This document shows, piece by piece, positions 13,743-26,147 of a DNA stretch of 64,000 nt. The translations under genes and the position numbers were made by a program. Under the pieces are notes generated by a model, which was given only the letters and a program-made list of their open reading frames with translations, did not search any database and had not been told where the DNA came from. Numbering within the stretch: the stretch's first letter is position 1; every line of letters starts with the position of its first letter. The stretch comes from Chrysomallon squamiferum (taxonomy: Eukaryota; Animalia; Mollusca): assembly GCA_012295275.1 (NCBI GenBank), contig CM022673.1, positions 23,498,001-23,562,000 on the forward strand. The letters run 5' to 3'.

Positions 13743-16122
13743 GCATTCTAATTACAGTACTCCTGCTCTCTCACTCTCTCTGTTTCTGAATATCAGACGA
13801 AATGAGAGAATAAATGAATATTCTGAAAATACAATAAAGTGCAACAACTTGTATTCAGCATTTACGTGTGTAATACATTTTCGTTGATTAATTCAAGAAG
13901 TCAGTTTCTATTACAGTAATCATCATTATCAGAAAGAATCATTGTCGCCATTAACAGTGTTATTATCAATAATATCATCATCGTTTTTTTTTTTTTTGTA
14001 ACTGAAGTATTTTTCGTCAATGGAAATTGACTTGCACTGACAATACTGCATGAAAAATTGCGCAGTTACCGAAAATTGGAGCAATTCGTTTCTAACGGTT
14101 TGTGTACGTAAATATTCGTAACGACATTAACTGAAAGATACTACAGAGAATCAATAAATTACTAAATGAATAATTTACACCTCGAGACTTTCGTTAACAG
14201 TTATAATGTATCAAAAATATAATTTACTGATAATTTTATAAGGAAATTCGCTGACACATCTCTGTGATTGGGCTACACTTTTCTATTTGCTGTTATTCCA
14301 CAATCGAAAAAGAAAAATTCATTTACTGTCATACAGATAATTTACATCTTATTTACAATTAAGAGGTAAGATTATTTTTTCGAGGTGATTAATCTAACTA
14401 GATGCACATACCGTGTTTTAGTGGTTTGAACACATTTCTGTGCTTAGTCTAGTTTTTTAAAAGTCGAATTATCTGATACCAATAGTACAAAAGGTTATTT
14501 CAGAAAATAGTTATTCTTCAGACCACTAGAATGTACTTCTAAATTTAAAGTTTATTCAATCTGAAAATGGTAAAGAAAACTGAAAGCTTAATCGTTTTTG
14601 ATTAACAGACAAGGACTGTGTTGTTTAATAATTAATTCTTTATTAACTGACAAAGCTGTGTTAAATTAATAAATGAATAATTAAGAAAATTAGGACATCA
14701 TCACTCTGTGTCATTTTATAAGTTACAAAATTTAGATTTGATACCTAAAGATGAAGTCCAATTTTCAGTTAACAGTTATCTGTTGTTAAAAGCATTACTC
14801 ATGGAAATAAAGGCATATATATAACTATATCTTTCTCTGAGTTTAAGAAAAAGAAAAGGTCTGAATTAGAAAAACAAATTTGTGAAGCATATTAATTTGA
14901 AAATCTTATTAATATAAAAATTTTAATTTAAAGAAAAAATTAAAATATCAAAATGTATTTTTCAATTAAAAAAATTTAAAATAAATTATCTTTCTCAAAT
15001 TTCAAAAAAAAAGTAATAAATTATCTTGAAATTTCAAAAGAAACGAAAAGCTTTTTTCCAAAATCAGGCAAAAAAGATGTTAAATTTAATAAAATGACTG
15101 ATGAAGAAGTAGAAGAGCGAGAAGGGGAAATAAAATATTCAGAAATAGCATCATTTCTTAATAGATTAATGGCTTCTTAATCGTGTTTAATGGCTTTACT
15201 GGAGAATTATTCTTGTTTCTTTTTCTTTTTTTAATTTTGATTTTGAAAAAAAAAAAACAAGGATACAATATTAAATTTTTGTTCAAGTTGATAATCAAGA
15301 GAAAAAAAATTTAAAAATAAAAAGAGGAAAAAATGAAATATTTTTAAAAACTGGGAAAGAAAGAAAAAATACTTTACAATTAATAGATATGTAGATTTAT
15401 TTTAAAACATATAATATGTGATCAGATGAGTCACATTTTCTTCACTGGTTATATTATTCAAATAATAATGTTTCACATCTCTCGATTCACAACATTCATA
15501 TACAACTGTTCAAAAACTGCTGGATGTTTGTATCAGCAAATTTGTTTACACGAAACCCCATCATATTACGTTATCTTACATTACGCACTTCAGAAAATAC
15601 ACGCTTTCCATTTTCTACTGAAATGAAGAGTAGAATACATTTTTATTTCAAAATCATTATTAAAAAAGCTATAACAACAAGGGAAAAAAGATAGAAATAA
15701 ACTATTTGTATATAAACTATTTGTATATATGTAACATAGTTTAATGTGATGAAACACGTGCACAGTTCTGATGTTTGATCTTTCAAAAAATACTTAATTT
15801 TCTATATTTAAAGAAGAAATGAAAATCCGTAAAATTCAGCTTCTTTTTCATGGTACGCTCATTAGTGTAAGCTCCCAATTTGTTTTCTCTTCTGTGTAGA
15901 TGTATTTAGATACTATATAATCTAATTTAACTTTTACTTGGCTTGATGATGCGAGCTAAAAGAATCAAAATTTTGTCATCCTTCAAGATAAGAAGGATTC
16001 GTTTATTTGATGATGTTCACAATAATTTCAATAAAATGAAAATGAATACGAGTGAAAAAAAAAAAAAAACTTGGGATATTCCTTTACATTCCAAAGCATT
16101 AAACACCAGGATCACTACAGAG

Positions 16123-17298
16123 AACCCTAACCTTAACCCTAACCCAAACCCAAACCTAATCCTAAACCTAACCCTAACCCTAACCCTAACCCTGACCCAA
16201 ACCCTAATCCTAACCTTAACCCAAACCTAATCCTAACCCTAACCCTAAAACTAACTATAAAGCCTAACACTATCCAGAACCAGAACCCTAATACTAAATC
16301 TAACCCCTAACCTTAAACCTAAACCTAACCAACCCTAACCCTAACCCTAATTCTAAACCAAGTCTCTAACCCTATCCATGACTAAGCCTAACCTGAGTAA
16401 TCCTAAGCCTAACCGTAACCTAACCTAACCCAAACCTAATCCTAACCCTAACCTTAACCCAAACATTAACCCTAAAGCCTAACCCTAACCCTAACCCTAA
16501 CCCTAACCCTAACCCTAACCCTAACCCTAACCCTAACCCTAACCTTAACCCTAACCCAAACCCAAACCTAATCCTAACCATAACCATAACCCTAACCCTA
16601 ACCCTAACCCTAACACTGACCCAAACCCTAATCCTAGCCTTAACCCTAACCTAATCCTAACCCTAACTCTAAAACTAACCCTAAAGCCTAACACTATCCA
16701 GAACCAGAACCCTATTACTAATTCTAACCCTAAATCTAACCCTAACCTTAAACCTAAACCTAACCAATCCTAACCCTAACCCTAATTCTAAACCAAGTCT
16801 CTAACCCTATCCATGACTAACCCTAACCCTGAGTAATCCTAAGCCTAACCTAAACCTAACCGAAACCTAAAGCCTAAACCTTAACCATAACCATAACACT
16901 AACCATAACCGTAACTCTAACCCTAAACCTAAACCCTAAATCCTAAACCCTAACGCTAACCCTAACTCTAACACCAAAATCCTAAACCCTAACGCTAACC
17001 CTAACTCTAACCCTAACCCTAACTCTAACCATAAATCCTAACCCTAACCTAACCTATAAACCCTAACCTATAAACCCCAACCCCTAATAACACTGCCCCA
17101 CACCTAACCCTAAGACTAACCCTAACCCTAACCTTAAACCCTAACCCTAACTCTAACCTCAAACATAAACCCAACCAACCCTAAACCTAACCTAAACCCT
17201 GAACCTGACCCTGACTCTAAACCCTCACCTTCACCCCCACCCTAACCCTAACCATAGCCCTAATCCCAACCCTAACACGAACCCAAACCCTAACTCTA
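16123..17298. repeat. Interstitial telomere-like (CCCTAA)n array, degenerate, with internal higher-order duplication
   Basis: Mostly CCCTAA variants, perfect run ~16483-16543; variant block ~16143-16435 repeated at ~16555-16870 (shared unique strings actatccagaaccagaacc, ccaagtctctaaccctatccatgac). Confidence 0.95.
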
Positions 17299-17819
17299 AA
17301 GTTAGTTTCTATCCTATTGGGTGTGCCCCATGAAATTCTAGGATCTAGTTAGATATTTGTGATGATAATAAATTGATTATGTTAACAGCGGAAAGATATC
17401 TAGTAAGAAATAGCCGGTTGCCCGGAGAAGATTTTATACACGTTGTAAAATCGTTCGAAACTCGTTCGACACGAGTTTTGGCTGATGAGCAAGCGTGGCT
17501 TACCAGTGACAGTATGAGTGATAGGGTGTCCAAGTGTAATAAATAGCCAAAGTTTTCTTGTAACACATATTCCTATCACTGTCACAGTCACTACCCATCT
17601 AAAACTTTAATATTATATTTGTTAAAAGCAACGATTGATAAAAGTTTTCCCTCACTGCACAATGCACATCAATAAAAATATAGCCTTTGTATAGTTTTTT
17701 GACATTTAACAGTCCATTGCTTTATATTTCATATTACAATATTTTTGAAGAAATTGCCAAGACACATCAGGCTCATACTTCTCATCAGCACAAAATAGAT
17801 GATGAATAAAGGTATACTC

Positions 17820-18115
17820 ACACAAAGGCGATAACTCTAAATATGTCAGTGAACATCTCTCACACAAGTACGGTAACTCTAAATATATCAGTGAACATCT
17901 CTCACACAAGGGTGGTAACTCTTAATATATCAATGAACATCTCTCACAAGGGGAGTAACTCTAAATATACCAGTGAACACCTCTCACACAGGGGTGGTAA
18001 CTCTAAATATATCGGTGAACACCCGTCAAACAAGGGCGGTAACTCTAAATATATCAAAGAACAGCTCTCACACAAAGGCGGTAACTCTAAATATATCAGT
18101 GAACATCTCTCACAG
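17820..18115. repeat. ~42-bp minisatellite (~7 copies) within the insert splitting the telomeric array
   Basis: Unit ggtaactctaaatatatcagtgaacatctctcacacaagggc repeated with ~42-bp period. Confidence 0.9.
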
Positions 18116-18299
18116 AAGAAAAACGATAAAGATTCCAGACAAGAACCATTTATACGCGAAATGATGAAGAATCTGACATAGATGTAGATAATGAAGATAG
18201 ACAACCTCGGCAACCGATTCGGCCGCAATATCCTTCTTAAGTTATTTCTGTATTTTTTTACATTTTGCATTATATTTCTTAGCATTTTGTGTGTAGTGT

Positions 18300-18359
18300 G
18301 CCCGCAATTTTTGTAAGGCTTCAAGTGTGTCCCTACTTGAAAAAGTTTGAGAACCACTG
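18300..18359. mobile_element. Single hAT-type terminal inverted repeat (element end)
   Basis: AAAAGTTTGAGAACCACTG = reverse complement of CAGTGGTTCTCAAAC, nearly the same as the TIR of the 12076-12394 MITE; matching left TIR not found. Confidence 0.6.
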
Positions 18360-18565
18360 CTCTAATCCTATCACTGACTAACCCTAACTCTAGTCTCTAA
18401 CCCTAACCCTAACCCTAATCGTAACCCTAACCCTAGCTCTAGCCCTAGCCCTAGCCCTAGCCCTCTAACCCTAACCCTGACCCTAACCCTGACTAACCCT
18501 ATCCCTATCCCTATTCCGTAATCCTATCTCGTAACCCTAACCCTAATGCTAACGCTAACCCTGAC
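18360..18565. repeat. Second (CCCTAA)n-like block
   Basis: CCCTAA/CCCTAG/CCCTAT/CCCTGA variants in the same orientation as the first array. Confidence 0.9.
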
Positions 18566-18566
18566 T

Positions 18567-18767
18567 GACTGGACACTACAGTTGTTAACACAGTAACTTA
18601 CTTATAATTGGTCACTACAACAGTGAACACATACCGTATTTCTGACTGGTCACAACAACTGTGAACTCATAACTTATTTGTAACTAGTCACTACAGAAAC
18701 GAACAAAAATAACGTAATTTGTGACTGGTCACTACAGATGTTAAAGTAGAGAACTCATTTCTGACTG
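18567..18767. repeat. ~39-bp degenerate satellite adjacent to telomeric block
   Basis: Five copies of actggtcactacag...aac.tatttctg. Confidence 0.8.
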
Positions 18768-21700
18768 CTTTTTGAGGAAAACATTTATTAAAAGAAAAAC
18801 TATACAATAAAATGTTTTAATCTAGTTAATGATTTTTGTCCGATTTTTTATTCACCTATTCATTTTACATGTAGTGGTTGAAATTTTGGATGTGGTCTCA
18901 AGGACACTTTTATTTTACAATTTACAATATTTTGACTGGAATTAAATGATTTAATGAATACTTGCATTTCAGCGAATAACCAAAACATATATATATAAAT
19001 TATATATGGTTTATATATTTCATATATGGTTTATTATATGAAATATATAAACCAAGGCAAGCATATCACCTTGTGATGTACTATAATATAGAGAGATAGG
19101 TAGAGAAAATGATAGGTAGATAGATAGCTAGATAGATGGTTAGATAGATGATAGACAGATTGATAGGCTAAGCAACCATCTACAGCAATTGTTGCTTCCA
19201 TTATTGAAATATTTATTTGTTAAATATAACATTATTAAACAACTCTGCACATTTAATGCCACCAAATATAAGTTTTGACATTTAATCAGAATGTCTTAAA
19301 CTTAGTAGTAACTATTTAAATTATTAGTATATAACTATTGTATTTATTAGTATACAACTATTATACTTGTTAGTAAATTTATAACTACTTAAATTATTAA
19401 TATATAACTATATAAATTATTAGCATTCAACTATTTAAATTATTATTTTTTCAGTTATAAATGATTTACTATGAACTGTTCACAACCAAAGTCTCAGTCT
19501 TATACAGTGCAATCATCTAGTAAGTATAATGATTTTTCCCTGCTAAACACTGTAGTATGTGGATTTATTTCATACAGCATCAATTTGATCCTCAGCCAAT
19601 ATGTTGGAGGCCTGGATGTTGATGTTATTACATCAGCCATAGTTCATGGACTAGCTTATACTGTAAACTGCATGGAGTTAATTTATGTCTGTTAAAAAGA
19701 AATATAAAACAGTGTTTAAATTATAATGTAATTCATTTAACTGTTTATAATTTTTGTTAATTTGAAATGTTATTCTGTTTAAGCATTAAAAATACCAACA
19801 ATTGATGATAACACTGTCATTAAAAAAATATGTGTGCATGTCTGTGTGTGTGCATCCACACCTGCTCACACCATTTGTTTCTTCATTCATTATTGTGTGG
19901 AGTTCTGAGAAACATCATTTGTTCATTCTTTCTCATATGATAAGTCAGACAGGGATTTCTTTAATGCACTCATCAGTCAACTATAAACACTGGGATTTGT
20001 GAACTTTGAAAACATATTTGGGATTTCTTTAAGCGAATTGAATAGTTAACATTTTATTCGCGTGTTTTGAACAGAGCTTTAGTTTTTCTTTAATTTTCAG
20101 TTTGCAAAATAAAACATCTTAATCTCTATATAAATTGGTTTTTTTGTTTTGTTTTGAATTTATGAATTCCTGTTAACTGTTTAGTGGATTGGACCTTAAC
20201 TTGATACCAGATTAACAACACCTGAAAACTGAATTGTTTATTATTTTGTGATGGGACAAAGTTTGATTACATTACATACATTATACTTTTTCTTTTCTTT
20301 TAAGTTATTCAGTTTTTGTTGTTTTTTTGTGTTGCTTTTATATATATAATTATATGTGTATCTATATATTAAATATATAATTTTACACATCTTTTTTGTT
20401 TGTGATGTGGTCTTGTGTATATATGTCATAAATGGTGTACATGTTTATTAGAGAGAGAGCAGAAAATACTAAGACTTTTGAGTTTACAATGTCAACAGTT
20501 TATGTCTGGATGGTTTAACATTCTACCATGTAATCACTGCTTCAGTTCAGTTCTGGATTGCAAACAGTTTAATGTCCTACTTGCTAATATTACTTTCATC
20601 TGGTATCTGGGTGACAAAACAGTTATGACATTTTGTTTCTGTATTATAAAACTTTGTTGTCATTATGTAATCAGTGGTAACAGTAAACTGCAGCTTTAGT
20701 GTAACTAACTCTGAAGTATTATTCAAACTTCGTTAAGAAACCAACAATATTAACTGGGGTGTTTCTTATTCACATAAAAGTCATACATATATATAATAAT
20801 ACTGATGATTGAAGAGTAATCTTACTAATGATATTTATGTGATGTCTAACACTCTTTTCATTACAACAATTTTCACATTAAACTCCATTTGTTTCAAGTA
20901 GAGCACATTTTATTAGCTGTTACAAGACATGAGAATAATTATAGTTAGTAGGACTGAATAATGAAAGAATGGACAAATTTTAATTCATACAGTAAAGATA
21001 AAGTGAAAACAACTGAATACACAAAAATATTAAAACATTATATTGTTTAAAAGTATACAGATGTTAGTTCAAATAATAAGGATAATCAGGAAAAACCAAA
21101 GAATGACTTTGCCACAAAATATAAATTTGAATTAAAAAGTGGTTTCCATAACATTATTTGAATTTATGCTAGATGAACTTGGAAGTACAGTTATAAGGGT
21201 ACACAATATTGTTCTCAACAACACACATCAACTATTCCTCTTGACTGGCTATCACAGGTATCAACAGTTTGAACACTAAACTGTTACTGGCTGCTAATGT
21301 CACTGGGATTACATTCTTAACAACCAATCTGTTGCAAAAAATAAATCTTGAATGAAATGCGAAATGTAGTTTAAATGTAATGTAACAGAAAAGGAAAGTA
21401 TTGTATAAACTTGACAAACATTAACTGTGTTTTTTTTTTTTATATGCCATTTTTCACTTAAAAACCAGTCTTGGGATAAACCTGTTTGTGACAAAACATT
21501 TTGTATGTGTTACTAAATATATGTTAACCTTTATACCACTGTCATTTATAAGAAACTAAAAGTTTTCTCAGAAATATATACTAATAATCATAATCTAAGG
21601 TGTCCATAGAATAAACAGGAAAACCTGGAAGATGTATTAGTAGCAGATCTATGTTAAATACTACAATAAACATTTGTTAAATCCAGGATTTTCCAAATCA

Positions 21701-21884
21701 CTGATTAAACAGGTGGGTTATTTTAGATTTGACTGAATCCATCAGTTTTACACACCATACACAGTACATTCCCCATTACTTTATTAAGTATCCAGTTCAC
21801 TTAACACAGTGTCTGTATAATACTGTCACTATTTTCTAGTTTTGCTATTTTTTTTGTATTATTTTCTTCATTTTTCTGGTTCTG

Positions 21885-24800
21885 TTATGCTGTATTATTG
21901 TCATCATTTTCATCAGTTTCCAGTTTTGTTCTCTGCTGTCTCCACATGTCAGCATAGATTCCATCTTTTTCTATCAGCTCCTCATGTCTGAAACAAAAAT
22001 AATCCAAATTGTATCCATGTGAATGGATTAAACTCTTTTATTTGAAATCAATATTAACTAATAAACAGAGTAAGACAGAACATTTAGCATTAGGGCATTA
22101 CCACTTTTCTACAGATATCATGCCATGGAGAAAATGGCAAGGTAACTGAAAGTTTCTAACAGAAAAAAATATTTTCTATTCCAAGAAGTCTTGTCGGAAA
22201 CTATTTCCATTTTACAAATGATATGTCTGGTGATCTATAAAGATAATGCATGTATAATTCTCATTCCATATACAACATAAAGAAAGACTGTAACTTCATG
22301 CCAGGATGACAAAAGGTAACTTACGTTCCACGCTCAACAATCTGTCCCTCGGTAAGAACAAGAATCTGGTCTGCATTGATGACAGTTGACAGTCGATGTG
22401 CTACTACGATTGTTGTTTTGTTTTCAGAAACTTTTGCCAGTGCAGACTGTATGTTTCGCTCTGTCTTTGTGTCCAGAGCTGACGTTGCCTGATTTTAATA
22501 ATCATTTATCACAAGATATTAATATAATACATGATAAAATACTACAGAAAAAAAGAAAGAAAACAAAACAGTGAGACTATTCTAGAGTCAAGTCATAAAC
22601 ACAAATTCTTTTCCAAACATTCATAAAGGCTACACAAAGTTGTTTTGTTTTGTTTTTTGGGGAGTTTTATTTAAGAATACAATATAATTAATTTCCTTCA
22701 AATGTTTCTAACAATTCAAGATAAATAATTACAAATTTTAATGGCTGTAACCAACTTTGGAAAAATTATAAATAAATAAAGTTTGTTAAATCTAAACAGG
22801 TGAAAACTAATTATGAAGTTTTCAATGTGATTGTTTATTGAATCGTATCTAACCTCATCAAGAAGGACTATATCTGGAGCTTTCAGTATAGTTCTAGCTA
22901 TGGCCACACGCTGTTTTTCACCACCACTCAGTTTTAGCCCTCTTTCACCAACCAGTGTCTCATAGCCTACAAAAGTAAATATCTATAGATATCAACTGTA
23001 CAAGCATAACTATACAGAAGTGAGTATTTCTATACAAATAATAATAGATATTCTTCATTTAACTCAATGTAATCTTTTATTTTTCAGCACCACATTTCAA
23101 ATAATGATTAATGTTGTGGGTAATAGGTATTTATTTATAAATGCAGTGCTATCTGTCTTGTAGGGACATCTGTGAAGCCAAGCAAACATGTTGCTACACC
23201 ACAGGTGTTCCATCATGATAGGGACAAAAAAATTACGTTTTTTTAACATGTTTATGATCTTTATTCACACTAGAATTCACAACAAATATAAATCGTCTTG
23301 CCAAATGGGCTGAATTCACATGGTTTGACTGGCAAGTGTTTGTCATCTGAAGGTGATGGGCTCTTGTCATTTGAAAAAAACAATACTCCCAAGCATGCAC
23401 TCTGCAATGCAGGAAATGAGTGATGCCTTCTTTGAAAATGTAAAGCTGCCATATAACAATTATTTGTTTTGGAGAAAAAAAAAATCAGCGTGACTGTCCA
23501 CTTTAGCAATGCTGTCTCTGTCTGCATTCAATAGGTGTCCACTTCCAACTGGGATTTGGGAAAGTTTCAGTGCTGTCTCTGTCTGCATTCAATAGGTGTC
23601 CACTGCCCTAAGAAATATATCCACTTTAAACCAACTGGGATTTGGGAAAGTTTCAGTGCTGTCTCTGTCTGCATTCAATAGGTGTCCACTGCCCTAAGAA
23701 ATATATCCACTTTAAACCAACTGGGATTTGGGAAAGGTGCTGTGCATTGTTGGAAGCCATTGAGTATTCCTTTTAATGCCATCCTATATGTTGCAGAGGT
23801 TGAAAATCAATGATTTACTTATTCTCATCAGTATTGTATTTAAAACAACCTTAACTATGTAATGAAAATTATAACTTAATCTAAACACTTTCAAATTATA
23901 ATGATCTTATAATAATATCCAGTCATTTCAAATGATGTATTATAACAAAACCACTGCTTATTTTATATGTGTAATAACACACTGATATGTTGAGTGTATT
24001 AATTGTGCAATATAATACAGAGATGTTGAGTGTATTATTTGTATAAGAAAACACTAATATGTATTATTTTTTTGTAATATAATACTGAGATATTGAGTGT
24101 ATTATTTGTATAAGAAAACACTTAGATGTGGAGTGTACTATTTGTATAATAAGAGTCAAATGTTGAGCGAATTATTTGTAAATCAAACTTCAGATAATGT
24201 ATTAATGGTGTTAGTATTGTAAAAAATATTTTATGTTACACTAGAAAAAACCAATGCACACATTATTTACCTTTTGGAAATGCAACAATTCTGTCATGTA
24301 TGTCAGCTGATCTGGCTGCCTCCTCCACTGCATAGTCACTGGCAGTCACCTTCCCATACCTGATGTTGTACCTGAAAGAAACATAACATTATTTGATATT
24401 GTATTTGATAGAAATGTATCATTATCTGATATTGTATCTGAATACAAATGTAACATTAACTGACATTGTATCTGTTCAGAAACATAACATCTGATACTGT
24501 ATCTGATAGAAACATATCATTATCTGATAATGTATCTGAACAGAAATGTAACATTATTTGATATACCATATGTTAGAAACTTAACATTACCTGATTTTAT
24601 ATCTGGCTAGACACATACCATTATCTGATGTTGTATCTGATAGAAATGTAACGTGATATTGTATCTGTTCAGAAAGATGTTATGTAATAATGTATCTGAA
24701 TGAAAATATGTTACATGATATTATATCTGAATTAAAATGTAACATTTACAGATAATAATGAACAGTTAATGCTACTGTAACTTAAATTTAATCTGGATGA

Positions 24801-26106
24801 CACTGTTAAAAAGAACTGTAATGGATGCACTGTTAAAAAGAACTGTACCTGATGATAATGTTAAAGAGAACTTTAACTAATGGCACTGTTAATGAACTTT
24901 ACCTGATGTCACTGTTGAAAAGAACTGTATCCTGAGGAACAACTCCAATGTGTTCACGGAGAGACTGCTGTGTAACCTGAAAGCATATGGCACAATTAAT
25001 ACAAACATATAACATATAGCATACAATTAAAACAAACTGAAAGCATATGGCACACAATTAAAACAAACTCAAAACATACAGCATACAATTAAAACAAACT
25101 GAAAGCATATAGCACTGAATTAAAACAAATATATAACATTACAGCACACAATTAATATAAACTGAAAACATGTAGAACCTAATTAATATAAATGTAAAAC
25201 ATACAGCACACAATACAAATTGAAAGCATACAGCACATAATTAATACAAACTCAAAACATACATCACATAATTAATACAATTTGTAAATATATAGCACAC
25301 AGTGCAAATTGTTAACATATAACATATAATATAAATATTAAACAACATTTAGCACACTATCAATACAATTTATGCACCATAACAGAAGAAACAGAACATT
25401 AAATAACATCACACAATATATTAACACACTATACAGCATATATCACAAAACTAACAGTCAAACACAGTATACAGTATATATATAGTTTCACAAGTAACAC
25501 TACACAGTATCACTCAACTAACATAGTAACACACAGTAAACAGCATATATCACATAATACGTTAACACATTGTACATAGAACATACAACACAACATAGAA
25601 ACACATTGTACACAGCATATATAACATGACACAGTAACACCATGCACACAGAACACATTATACACAGTATATATCATACAACTAATACAGTAACACAATA
25701 TATCTATATATATAATATATATATATATATATCACACAACACATTGTACACATTATATATCACACAACTAATACAGTAACACACTGTACACTATATCTCA
25801 CAAACTAATATAGTAAAACACAGTGTATATCTCACAGTATATATGATACAACTGTACACAGATATATATAATACATACCATTACTAACATAGTAAGACTG
25901 TACACAGCATATATCAGACAACTAACATAGCAAGACACTGTACACAGTATATATCACACAACTAACATTTTAACACACTATACATAGTTCACATCACACA
26001 ACTAATGGAGTAACACTGTACACAGTATAGATCACACAACTAACATAGTAACATTCACTATACACAGTATATATCACTTGACTAGCATAGTAACACACCA
26101 TACTCA

Positions 26107-26147
<41 letters not shown>

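Noticed and set aside
13563-13887. ORFs with ERERER runs
   Set aside because: Translation of a (GA)n microsatellite.
15943-16230. ORF ending NPNPNP/LTLTLT
   Set aside because: Reads into the telomeric repeat; no protein features.
17706-18357. Repetitive ORFs (CERCSLIYLELPPL, SHKGGNSKYISEHL) resembling metal-binding repeats
   Set aside because: By-product of a 42-bp minisatellite open in several frames on both strands, with frame-breaking indels.
16123-18565. Head-to-head telomere fusion site
   Set aside because: All repeats are CCCTAA on the + strand; no TTAGGG block is present.
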